Below, piece after piece: positions 16,527 through 24,304 of a DNA stretch of 32,000 nucleotides. Numbering within the stretch: the stretch's first letter is position 1; each line of letters starts with the position of its first letter. The notes under the pieces were generated by a model, which saw only the letters and a program-made list of their open reading frames with translations, did not search any database and was not told where the DNA came from. The stretch comes from Erysipelotrichaceae bacterium. Its GTDB lineage: Bacteria; Bacillota_I; Bacilli_A; Erysipelotrichales; Erysipelotrichaceae. The DNA lies in NCBI GenBank assembly GCA_963663995.1, contig OY760660.1:1440001-1472000 (forward strand), read 5' to 3'. A program made the position numbers and the translations under genes.

Positions 16527-17543
16527 ATGAAAAAATTATTTGCACTATTAGCCGTTTCTGTATTAGCACTTACTGCATTAACTGGCTGCTCTGCTGCTAC
16601 CTATAAAGTAGGTACAGGTATTATTAATCATGTTGAAGTTAAAACAGCTCAAGCAACTGCTGATGCTAACGGTAGAATTGATGTTAACACATACATCGCT
16701 ACGGTTGCTGTTGATAAAGATGGGAAAATCGTTTCTGCATTTATCGATGTTGCTCAAGCAAGCCGTTTAGGATTTGATGCTACTGGTTTAGCTACAATCG
16801 ACGAAACATACGACGCACGTACAAAACAACAAAAAGGTGCTGACTATGGAATGATCGGTAACTCTGAAATCGGTAAAGAATGGTATGAACAAGCTAATGC
16901 TTTCGCTGCTTATGTTGTTGGTATGACTGGTGACGAAGTTGCTGCTATCGAAGTTACTGAAGAAGGTGATGCTGTTTCAGAAGATATTTTAGCTGGTACA
17001 ACAGTTACTGTTACTGATTACATTGCTGTAATCGTTGAAGCTTATAACAATGCTACAACTGAAGTAGAAGCTGCTTCTGTTGGTACAGGTGTTATTTCTC
17101 ACGTAGATGTTAAAACAGCTCAAGCTACTGCTGATGCTGCTGGAAGAATTGACGTTAATACATATGTTGCTAACGTTGCTTTAGATAAAGATGGAAAAAT
17201 CGTTTCTGCATTTATCGATGTTGCACAATCAAGCCGTTTAGGTTTTGATGCTACTGGTTTAGCTACAATCGACGAAACATACGACGCACGTACAAAACAA
17301 CAAAAAGGTGCTGACTATGGTATGATCGGTAACTCTGAAATCGGTAAAGAATGGTATGAACAAGCTAACGCATTTGCTGCTTATGTTGTTGGTATGACAG
17401 CTGCTGAAGTTGCTGCTATCGAAGTTACTGAAGAAGGCGGTGCTGTTTCAGAAGATATCTTAGCTGGTACAACAGTTACTGTTTCTGATTACATTGCTGT
17501 AATCGTTGCTGCTGCTGAAAATGCTGCTGCAATTGCTGAATAA
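16527..17543 (+). CDS. Lipoprotein made of two tandem 157-aa domains (possibly FMN_bind-like)
   Basis: Signal peptide MKKLFALLAVSVLALTALTG|C with lipobox LTGC. Residues 28-184 and 185-338 are near-identical copies. Codon choice (GCT/GTT/GGT/ACA rich) differs from the neighbours and looks like a highly expressed gene. Strong RBS and a clean terminator. Confidence 0.9.
   Translation: MKKLFALLAVSVLALTALTGCSAATYKVGTGIINHVEVKTAQATADANGRIDVNTYIATVAVDKDGKIVSAFIDVAQASRLGFDATGLATIDETYDARTKQQKGADYGMIGNSEIGKEWYEQANAFAAYVVGMTGDEVAAIEVTEEGDAVSEDILAGTTVTVTDYIAVIVEAYNNATTEVEAASVGTGVISHVDVKTAQATADAAGRIDVNTYVANVALDKDGKIVSAFIDVAQSSRLGFDATGLATIDETYDARTKQQKGADYGMIGNSEIGKEWYEQANAFAAYVVGMTAAEVAAIEVTEEGGAVSEDILAGTTVTVSDYIAVIVAAAENAAAIAE
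16608..17540 (+). repeat. Intragenic tandem duplication with a 471-bp period (unit 1 16608-17078, unit 2 17079-17540)
   Basis: Manual alignment at offset 471: 16773-16849 is identical to 17244-17320 (77 nt), followed after one mismatch by another 47 identical nt. The flanks of each unit are more diverged. Confidence 0.95.
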
Positions 17544-17563
17544 TTAACTAAATTATTTAAACT

Positions 17564-17588
17564 AAAAGAGCTCATCGAGCTCTTTTTT
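17564..17588 (+). terminator. Rho-independent terminator of the lipoprotein gene
   Basis: AGAGCTC (17567-17573), loop ATC, GAGCTCT (17577-17583), then TTTTT. An A-run sits upstream. Confidence 0.8.
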
Positions 17589-17661
17589 ATATAGAATCCT
17601 ATTTAAAACCACACGCTATGCGTGTGTGAAAAGAGACTTCTAGAGTGGTAACAGAAAAAAA

Positions 17662-17717
17662 GCCCACTTTGGACAAATTAGAAAGGCTGACAACCAAACT
17701 AATGACCAAAGGAGGGC
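17662..17717 (+). promoter_or_regulatory. Putative SD-sequestering stem in the tnpA 5' leader
   Basis: GCCC-A-CTTTGG (17662-17672) pairs with CCAAAG-GA-GGGC (17706-17717). That gives 6 + 4 bp around a small internal loop and buries the AAGGAGGG Shine-Dalgarno. This is analogous to the RBS-occluding stem described for Salmonella IS200. Confidence 0.4.
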
Positions 17718-17720
17718 AAC

Positions 17721-18176
17721 TTGAGCTCAAGCGAAAACAGTTTATCACATACAAGATGGAATTGTAAGGTTCACGTCGTATTCATCCCAAAGTACAGACG
17801 GAAGATAATTTATGGGAAGTTAAGAGAAGATATAGGACGAATATTGAGACGACTTTGTGAAATGAAAGACGTTGAAATATTAGAGGCACATGCATGTGCC
17901 GACCATATCCATATGCTTTTGAAGATTCCACCGAAGTTGAGTGTTTCTGGATTTATAGGCTACACGAAAGGTAAAAGTACCTTGATGATCTTTGATCGAC
18001 ATGCGAGTTTGAAATACAAACAAGGAAACCGAAACTTCAGGGCGAAGGGATACTATGTAAGCACAGTAGGACTGAATGAAAAAACGGTTCAAGATTACAT
18101 TCGAAACCAGGAAACAGAAGACAAATTAAGAGACAACATGACAAAGAGAGAATACATAGATCCCTTTAAGGGATAG
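17721..18176 (+). CDS. tnpA: IS200/IS605-family Y1 (HUH) transposase TnpA
   Basis: HTRWNCKVHVVFIPKYRRK, HUH motif DHIHML and catalytic Tyr context KGYYVSTVG. TTG is the only possible start after an in-frame TGA at 17703, placed 5 nt after GGAGG. Confidence 0.93.
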   Translation: MSSSENSLSHTRWNCKVHVVFIPKYRRKIIYGKLREDIGRILRRLCEMKDVEILEAHACADHIHMLLKIPPKLSVSGFIGYTKGKSTLMIFDRHASLKYKQGNRNFRAKGYYVSTVGLNEKTVQDYIRNQETEDKLRDNMTKREYIDPFKG

Positions 18177-18250
18177 TAAGTAAGAGAAAACGGTTGTCAG
18201 TCTTTATTACCTCTTTAGAGGTACTGTAAGCAAGATGCCCTTATAGGGCG

Positions 18251-18278
18251 AAACTAAAACTACCCGTTCTACGGGTAG
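18251..18278 (-). terminator. Putative rarA terminator (could alternatively belong to the IS right end)
   Basis: CTACCCG (18260-18266), loop TTCTA, CGGGTAG (18272-18278). Read on the - strand it is followed by TTTTAGTTT. It starts 5 nt after the rarA stop. Confidence 0.55.
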
Positions 18279-18282
18279 ATAG

Positions 18283-19563
18283 TTACTTCTTAAGTGACTT
18301 TAGGTCTTGGGTACGTTTTATCTCATTCAATGTTTTTAAATTATTCTGTAATGTGTTCTCATATGCAGAATTTTTAAATGGTTTATAGAAAGGTAAATTA
18401 TTTACACCTTTAGGGAGGTAATCAATATGGTGCCATATATTATACCCACCATAATCATATTTATCTTCTTCTTTCATATTAACAGGTGTTAATCGCAAGA
18501 AATCTGGGACTGGTAAAGGATGTTCTTTAACTTCTCTTATCGCTGATCCAATCGCTAAAGCAGCAGCTTTTGACTTAGGAGATAATGTTAAATCTATAAC
18601 TGCTACAGCTAAGGGATAGATGGCTTCAGGGAATCCTACTCTTCGTGCTGTATCACAGGCTTGAACCGTTCTGGAAACAACTGCAGGATTAGCTAAACCA
18701 ATATCTTCATATGCGGTCACTAATAATCGTCTTTCGATCGAATCTAAATCCTGTGCAACGAGTAGTCGTGCTAAATAATAAAGTGCTCCATCAACATGAG
18801 ATCCTCTAATAGATTTTTGGAAACTAGATAAAGCATCATAGTAACCATCATCACTATTATCAAAATTAAGATTTGAAGATAGGTTTAAATCTTGTAAATG
18901 TTCTAGATTAATATCTGTGTTTGGATAAGCAATATTTAAAACATCTAAAGTATTATAAGCGATACGAACATCACCATTTGCGAGTTTAACAATAGATTCG
19001 ATGATTTCATCATTACATTTTATGGTGAGCAGTGAATCGGGGAGGCTTAAAGCCTGTCTTAATGCTTTTGCCATATTGAGATTATCTAATGATTTAAATT
19101 CAATTAACATACAACGAGAACGAATCGCTGGGTTAATCGAAAAATAAGGATTAGAAGTTGTTAAACCAATTAAAGTGATGTGTCCATCTTCAACATAAGG
19201 AAGAAGTAAATCCTGCTTATCTTTATTTAAACGATGAACTTCATCAACGATCAATACTAAGTGACCAGCTAATCGTGAATGAGCAAAGATAGAATCTAAA
19301 TCCTTTTTATTTCCTGTAACCGCATTAAATGTTTCTGATGCTTGATTTAAAGCACTGGCTAAGATTGTTGCGACAGTCGTTTTACCGGTACCAGGAGGAC
19401 CAAAAAAGATCATTGAAAAAAGACGTTCAGATTTAATTAAACGTTTTAGTAATCCATTTGGACCAGTTAAGTGATCTTGACCGATCACATCATCCAATTG
19501 ATTTGGCCGAATTCTATAAGCTAAAGGTTCTTGCATGGCTTGTAGTACCATTCTACTATTCAA
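18283..19563 (-). CDS. rarA: Replication-associated recombination protein A (AAA+ ATPase RarA/MgsA)
   Basis: PLAYRIRPxxLDDVIGQxHL, Walker A GPPGTGKTT, Walker B VDEVHR, and the C-terminal MgsA domain (YDxxSAxxKSIRGSxxDGALYYLARL). The start is uncertain: the longest ORF starts at TTG 19563, while in-frame ATGs at 19551 and 19536 (MQEPLAY...) fit homologues better. None has a clear SD. Confidence 0.9.
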   Translation of the reverse strand: MNSRMVLQAMQEPLAYRIRPNQLDDVIGQDHLTGPNGLLKRLIKSERLFSMIFFGPPGTGKTTVATILASALNQASETFNAVTGNKKDLDSIFAHSRLAGHLVLIVDEVHRLNKDKQDLLLPYVEDGHITLIGLTTSNPYFSINPAIRSRCMLIEFKSLDNLNMAKALRQALSLPDSLLTIKCNDEIIESIVKLANGDVRIAYNTLDVLNIAYPNTDINLEHLQDLNLSSNLNFDNSDDGYYDALSSFQKSIRGSHVDGALYYLARLLVAQDLDSIERRLLVTAYEDIGLANPAVVSRTVQACDTARRVGFPEAIYPLAVAVIDLTLSPKSKAAALAIGSAIREVKEHPLPVPDFLRLTPVNMKEEDKYDYGGYNIWHHIDYLPKGVNNLPFYKPFKNSAYENTLQNNLKTLNEIKRTQDLKSLKK

Positions 19564-19572
19564 TGATAGAAT
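19564..19572 (+). promoter_or_regulatory. Possible extended -10 (TGaTAGAAT) for the dtd-folD cluster
   Basis: TG at 19564-19565 and TAGAAT at 19567-19572 in the 28-bp divergent gap. The expected TSS would fall at or in the AGAGG RBS region, so this is tentative. Confidence 0.3.
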
Positions 19573-19591
19573 GTAAAAGAGGTTTAGAGTT

Positions 19592-20026
19592 ATGCGAATA
19601 TTAGTTCAAAGAGTACATCGGGCAAAATGTGTTGTTAATGAGCAAATAAGTGGTGAAATAGAGCGTGGCTTTGTTTGTTTTGTCGGCATCTCAAAAGATG
19701 ATTGCTTAGATAATGCTAAGAAAATGGCATATAAGATTGCTCATGCTCGTTTGTTTGAAGATGAGAATGATAAACTAAACCTAAATATTCAGGAAGTTGG
19801 TGGGGATATCCTCTCAATTTCACAATTTACTTTGTATGCTGATACGAAGAAAGGACATCGTCCATCGTTTGATAAGGCTGCAAAAGCAACAGACGCAAAT
19901 GAAATTTACCTTGCGTTTAATGAAGAATTAAGAGAATATTGTAAAGTTGAAGTTGGAGTATTCCAAGCACAAATGGATATCGAAGTTATTAACGATGGTC
20001 CATTAAGTATTTTATATGAAAATTAG
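19592..20026 (+). CDS. dtd: D-aminoacyl-tRNA deacylase
   Basis: MRILVQRV..., SQFTLYADTKKGxRPSF and a NDGP motif near the C-terminus, with typical 144 aa length. Confidence 0.93.
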   Translation: MRILVQRVHRAKCVVNEQISGEIERGFVCFVGISKDDCLDNAKKMAYKIAHARLFEDENDKLNLNIQEVGGDILSISQFTLYADTKKGHRPSFDKAAKATDANEIYLAFNEELREYCKVEVGVFQAQMDIEVINDGPLSILYEN

Positions 20027-20032
20027 GAGTCA

Positions 20033-20878
20033 ATGATGAAAGTAATTAATGGTAAAGAAATTTCAAAAGAAATTGAAGTTCAACTCATTGAAAAGGTTGA
20101 AGCACTTAAAAATGAAGGAAAAAGAATTCCAAAACTTGCAGTAGTTTTGGTTGGAGAAGATCCTGCTAGTCAGACATATGTTGGTTCAAAAGAAAAAGCA
20201 TGTACAAGAGTAGGCTTTCTATCAGAAGTAATAAAACTGGATAAAGAATCATCCACAGAGGATGTTATTAAAGAAGTTAATCGACTCAATCAAGATGATA
20301 ATGTAGACGGTATTCTAGTACAACTCCCACTACCTAAACAATGTAATTCAAAACAAGTTATTCTTGCGATTGATCCTAATAAAGATGTAGATGGTTTACA
20401 TCCGATTAATATTGCGAAATTATATGCAAAAGAAGATGGATTCATTCCATGTACACCTAAGGGTATCATGACATTACTTGATCGTACTGATATGAAGCTT
20501 GAAGGAGCGAATGCAGTGGTTATTGGTAGATCGGATCTTGTTGGTCGTCCAATTGCCCAATTACTTCTAAATAAAAATGCGACTGTCACAACATGTCATT
20601 CAAGAACAAAAGACATTCCGGCATACACTAAAAATGCTGATATTATTGTGGTCGCGATAGGTCGTCCTAATTATCTAGATAAGACTTATATCGGAAAAGA
20701 TGCCGTTATTATAGATGTAGGAATTAATCGAGTTGAAGGGAAATTAGTTGGAGATGTTAATTATAATGATGTCTTTGATTCTGTTTCTGCAATTACCCCA
20801 GTTCCTAAAGGTGTTGGTCCTATGACAATTGTTTCTTTACTTGAAAATACACTAATTGCTTATACAAAGAGGTCTTAA
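20033..20878 (+). CDS. folD: Bifunctional methylenetetrahydrofolate dehydrogenase/methenyl-THF cyclohydrolase
   Basis: LAVVLVGEDPASQTYVxSKxKAC, DGILVQLPLP, GRSxLVGxPxAxLL and PVPxGVGPMT. There are tandem ATGs at 20033 and 20036, and AGGAG (20025-20029) spacing favours 20036. Confidence 0.93.
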   Translation: MMKVINGKEISKEIEVQLIEKVEALKNEGKRIPKLAVVLVGEDPASQTYVGSKEKACTRVGFLSEVIKLDKESSTEDVIKEVNRLNQDDNVDGILVQLPLPKQCNSKQVILAIDPNKDVDGLHPINIAKLYAKEDGFIPCTPKGIMTLLDRTDMKLEGANAVVIGRSDLVGRPIAQLLLNKNATVTTCHSRTKDIPAYTKNADIIVVAIGRPNYLDKTYIGKDAVIIDVGINRVEGKLVGDVNYNDVFDSVSAITPVPKGVGPMTIVSLLENTLIAYTKRS

Positions 20879-20880
20879 TT

Positions 20881-21081
20881 ATGAGTGAATATGATTTAAA
20901 TGATATCGTTGAGATGAAAAAACAACACCCATGTAAAAAATCAAATCACTGGAAAATTATTCGCATGGGAGCAGATATTAAGATAAAATGTTTGGGTTGC
21001 GGAGCGGCGATTATGTTTGATCGTTCCGAATTCGAAAAGAAATTAAAACGCGTTGTGCAAAAAGCAGAAGAAAACGCCTAA
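20881..21081 (+). CDS. DUF951-family small protein (YyzM-like)
   Basis: 66 aa with the HPCxxxxxxWxIxRxGADIxxKCxxCG pattern. It sits immediately upstream of ychF as in Bacillus. AAGAGG RBS. Confidence 0.8.
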   Translation: MSEYDLNDIVEMKKQHPCKKSNHWKIIRMGADIKIKCLGCGAAIMFDRSEFEKKLKRVVQKAEENA

Positions 21082-21089
21082 GGAGATTT

Positions 21090-22190
21090 ATGCCACTAAC
21101 AGCTGGAATTGTTGGTTTGCCTAATGTAGGGAAATCGACATTATTTAATGCGATTACGCGCTCACAAGTTGAAGCTGCGAACTATCCTTTTGCCACCATT
21201 CAACCAAATGTTGGTGTAGTTGAAGTAAAAGATGAGAGATTACATGAAATCGCTCGTATTTTTCAATCTAAGAAAACGATCTATACCACTTTTGAATTTA
21301 GAGATATTGCGGGTCTTGTTAAAGGAGCTTCACAAGGTGAAGGATTAGGAAATAAATTCCTATCACATATTAGAGATGTAGATGCGATTGTCCATGTTGT
21401 TCGTTGTTTTGACGATCACTCAATTACCCATGTTGAAGAATCAGTTGATCCGATTCGAGATATTGAAATTATTAACTTAGAGTTAATACTTTCTGATAAG
21501 CAATTGATTGAAACTCGAATATCAAAAGTTGAGCGTAAAGCTAAACAAAAAGATAAAGATGCGCTATTTGAATTAGCCTTACTACAAAAGATTAATGAAT
21601 ATTTAAATGCGGGTAAAAATATTCGTAATTTAGAGATGAATAAAGATGAGCTAATCTTACTTAAGAGTTTTAACTTACTTACACAAAAGCCAATAATCTA
21701 TGTAGCCAATATGGCCGAAGATGAAGTTCTAAAAGCAAGTGAGAATAGCTACTATCAAAAAGTTGCGAAAATTGCTGAAGAAGAAGAGGCTAAAATCTTA
21801 CCTATTTGTGCCAAAATCGAAGAAGAATTAGCTGCTCTAGATGATGAAGAAAGAGATATGTTCTTAGCTGATTTAGGTTATCAAGAATCTGGTTTAGACC
21901 AAATTATCAAAAGTACCTATTCACTCTTGAATTTATGGTCTTACTTGACAGCAGGTCCACAAGAAGCAAGAGCTTGGACATTTACGAAAGGAATGAAAGC
22001 ACCAGAGTGTGCGGGTGTTATTCATACTGATTTCCAACGTGGCTTCATTAAAGTCGAAGCCTATGCTTATGATGATTTAATTCAGTTCGGAAGTGAACAA
22101 GCAGTTAAAGATGCTGGTAAACTTCGTATTGAAGGAAAAGAATATTTAGTGAAAGATGGAGACATATTACACTTTAGATTTAATGTCTAG
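21090..22190 (+). CDS. ychF: Redox-regulated ribosome-binding ATPase YchF
   Basis: [17 protein letters not shown]1 motif, [10 protein letters not shown], and a C-terminal TGS-like domain ending YxVxDGDIxxFRFNV. Confidence 0.95.
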   Translation: MPLTAGIVGLPNVGKSTLFNAITRSQVEAANYPFATIQPNVGVVEVKDERLHEIARIFQSKKTIYTTFEFRDIAGLVKGASQGEGLGNKFLSHIRDVDAIVHVVRCFDDHSITHVEESVDPIRDIEIINLELILSDKQLIETRISKVERKAKQKDKDALFELALLQKINEYLNAGKNIRNLEMNKDELILLKSFNLLTQKPIIYVANMAEDEVLKASENSYYQKVAKIAEEEEAKILPICAKIEEELAALDDEERDMFLADLGYQESGLDQIIKSTYSLLNLWSYLTAGPQEARAWTFTKGMKAPECAGVIHTDFQRGFIKVEAYAYDDLIQFGSEQAVKDAGKLRIEGKEYLVKDGDILHFRFNV

Positions 22191-22223
22191 GTTATAATAT
22201 AAATATAAAGGAGGTATAGACTA

Positions 22224-22547
22224 ATGAAACTCGTGATAGCGATTGTATCAAATGACGATAGCCATGCCTTATCCAACGCCTTAAATAAAGAAAACTATAT
22301 GGTGACTCGTTTATCGACCACTGGGGGTTTTCTAAAAATGGGAAATACCACCTTGTTGATTGGTACAGAAGACAAAGATGTTGAACGTGTTCTTGACCTA
22401 GTTAAAGAATACAGTAAACAAAGAACAGAACTTGTTCCGTCGACTGCAGCTTATGACATTGGACGTTTTGCTTCTTTCCCTGTTGAAGTCACAGTAGGTG
22501 GTGCGACTGTCTTTGTGGTTGATGTTGAACAATTTATAAAAGTATAG
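22224..22547 (+). CDS. darA: PII-like cyclic-di-AMP receptor protein (DarA/PstA, YaaQ family)
   Basis: Aligns along its length with my recollection of B. subtilis YaaQ (MKLxxAxV..., TxLxTTGGFLKxGNTTxxIG, VEVxVGGATVFV). AAGGAGG RBS. Confidence 0.88.
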   Translation: MKLVIAIVSNDDSHALSNALNKENYMVTRLSTTGGFLKMGNTTLLIGTEDKDVERVLDLVKEYSKQRTELVPSTAAYDIGRFASFPVEVTVGGATVFVVDVEQFIKV

Positions 22548-22573
22548 AAAAGCGGGAAACCGTTTTTCTTTTT
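22547..22573 (+). terminator. Rho-independent terminator after darA
   Basis: GAAAAGCGG-GAAA-CCGTTTTTC forms a 9-bp stem with one G-U pair and a GNRA tetraloop, followed by TTTTT (22569-22573). Confidence 0.6.
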
Positions 22574-22579
22574 GACTAA

Positions 22580-22588
22580 TGATATAAT
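22580..22588 (+). promoter_or_regulatory. Putative extended -10 promoter (TGaTATAAT) for ispF-HD-pepP
   Basis: TG at 22580-22581 and TATAAT at 22583-22588. AGGAGA RBS at 22599-22604 and ATG at 22614. No good -35. Confidence 0.45.
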
Positions 22589-22613
22589 ATTTTGAGACAG
22601 GAGAATTTGTTTT

Positions 22614-23087
22614 ATGAGAATAGGACAATCTACAGATATTCATCCCTTAGTTGAAGATAGAGAGCTCATTTTAGGGGGCGTACATATCGAATCAATGTTA
22701 GGTGCTTATGGTCATTCCGATGCGGATGTTTTAGTGCACGCGATTGCGGAATCTATTATTGGCGCATTAGCTTTAGGGGATTTAGGAAAACATTTCCCAG
22801 ATACTGATCCAAAGTATAAAGGGATATCTTCTTTACTTATATTAAAAGAAGTAGTGAAGTTGATGGATGATCATAACTATAAGATTGGTAATATTGATGC
22901 ACTTATTCTTCTAGAAAAACCTAAATTAGCTCCATATATGCCAGAAATAAAGAAAAATTTATGTCAAGTTCTTAAAATAGATGAAAACCAAATCAACGTT
23001 AAAGCGACACGTGGTGAAAAACTAGGTTATGTTGGACGGATGGAAGGAATTATGGCACAAGCTGTTTGCCTCTTAGAAGAAAAATGA
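22614..23087 (+). CDS. ispF: 2-C-methyl-D-erythritol 2,4-cyclodiphosphate synthase
   Basis: MRIGQSxDIH, GHSDADVLxHAxxxxxxGAxxxGDxGxxFPD and KATxxExLGxxGR. Confidence 0.95.
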   Translation: MRIGQSTDIHPLVEDRELILGGVHIESMLGAYGHSDADVLVHAIAESIIGALALGDLGKHFPDTDPKYKGISSLLILKEVVKLMDDHNYKIGNIDALILLEKPKLAPYMPEIKKNLCQVLKIDENQINVKATRGEKLGYVGRMEGIMAQAVCLLEEK

Positions 23088-24304
23088 TTAATTTAAAAAC
23101 TGATGAAATAAAAGTAATGCGTGATCCTATCCATGAATATATTCATGTTGAATATCAAGTCATATGGGATGCGATTAATTCAAAAGAATTTCAGAGAATG
23201 CGACGTATTCATCAAATGGGAACTTCTTATTTGGTTTATCATACAGCTGAACATTCTCGTTTTTCACATTGTTTAGGTGTCTATGAAATTGCTAGAAGGA
23301 TGTGTGAAGAAGTAAAAGATATCGATGAATATTTAAGTGAAGATGAAAAGATTGAAGTGATGTTGGCGGGTTTATTACATGATTTAGGACATGGACCGTT
23401 CTCTCATTTCTTTGAAATGGTGACTTCAGAGTCGCATGAGTCGATGACTAAGCGAATTATTCTTGAAGATTCAGAAATTCATACTATCTTAGAAAATGCA
23501 CAAGAAGGATTGAGTGCGAAAGTCGCAAGTATTTTAGACCATACACATCCTAAACCACTGCTTACCCAAATGATTAGTTCACAATTAGATGCTGATCGCA
23601 TGGATTATTTACTTAGAGATGCCACGTTTAGCGGTACCACCTATGGTCATTTTGATTTAGAAAGAATTTTAAGAACAATGCGAGTGTTTGATGGACGTTT
23701 AGTCATAAAACACAGTGGTATTCATTCAATTGAAGATTATATTATGGCTCGCTATCATATGTATTATCAAGTTTACTTTCACCCCGCATCTCGTGCGGTA
23801 GAAGGTTTAATCTTGGGTTTCTTTAAACGACTAAGTGATCTTCAAAATGATAATGCTGCTTATATTGATAAATATCCAATGTTTAAATTTTTAACACAAA
23901 AAGAAAGAATCAGTATTCATCAACATCAATTGATTGATGAAGCTTCATGTTTCTATGGATTTCAAGAATGTTTAGATGATGAAGATAAAATATTAGCTGA
24001 TTTCGCGCTTAGAATACTAGATCGACATCTCTTTATGGATGAAGACTGTAAATCCAATTCACAATTAGAGTTAATCAAAGAAAGACTAAGTAAACATGGA
24101 TTTAATCCAGACTATTATCTATACCAAGATGAAATGGAAAAAAGACCATATTCACCCTATAACGAAGATAATAATTTGATCTATATCATAACAAATGATT
24201 ATGAAGTTCATGAATTGTCTGTGATTTCTAAAATTGTTAATGCGGTTGTGAATACAGACTCGCTTGAAAATCGAAAGATATTTTACCCTAAGGAAGGTGT
24301 ATAG
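23084..24304 (+). CDS. HD-domain phosphohydrolase (YwfO / SAMHD1-like dNTP triphosphohydrolase family)
   Basis: RDPIHxYIxV, RMRRIxQxG, HSRFSHCLGV, LLHDLGHGPFSH and DADRMDYLLRD. ATG 23084 overlaps the ispF TGA (ATGA). The ORF-track TTG at 23066 lies inside ispF and is rejected. Confidence 0.85.
   Translation: MINLKTDEIKVMRDPIHEYIHVEYQVIWDAINSKEFQRMRRIHQMGTSYLVYHTAEHSRFSHCLGVYEIARRMCEEVKDIDEYLSEDEKIEVMLAGLLHDLGHGPFSHFFEMVTSESHESMTKRIILEDSEIHTILENAQEGLSAKVASILDHTHPKPLLTQMISSQLDADRMDYLLRDATFSGTTYGHFDLERILRTMRVFDGRLVIKHSGIHSIEDYIMARYHMYYQVYFHPASRAVEGLILGFFKRLSDLQNDNAAYIDKYPMFKFLTQKERISIHQHQLIDEASCFYGFQECLDDEDKILADFALRILDRHLFMDEDCKSNSQLELIKERLSKHGFNPDYYLYQDEMEKRPYSPYNEDNNLIYIITNDYEVHELSVISKIVNAVVNTDSLENRKIFYPKEGV

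Larger units (their letters stand above)
17590..18258 (+). mobile_element. IS200-type insertion sequence (IS200/IS605 family, tnpA only). Boundaries are approximate.
   Basis: Contains an intact Y1 HUH transposase gene. Subterminal hairpin CACACGC-TAT-GCGTGTG at 17610-17626 on the left. Hairpins at 18208-18223 (TACCTC/GAGGTA) and 18237-18249 (GCCCT-TAT-AGGGC) on the right. It is wedged between two convergent terminators. Its ~0.67 kb size fits IS200. The family makes no terminal inverted repeats or target duplications, so the ends cannot be fixed from one copy. Confidence 0.8.

Noticed and set aside
16608-17540. The large repeat as a CRISPR array or other non-coding repeat array
   Set aside because: There are only two units, 471 bp long, both in frame within one lipoprotein ORF. 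No short repeat/spacer periodicity is present anywhere in the window.
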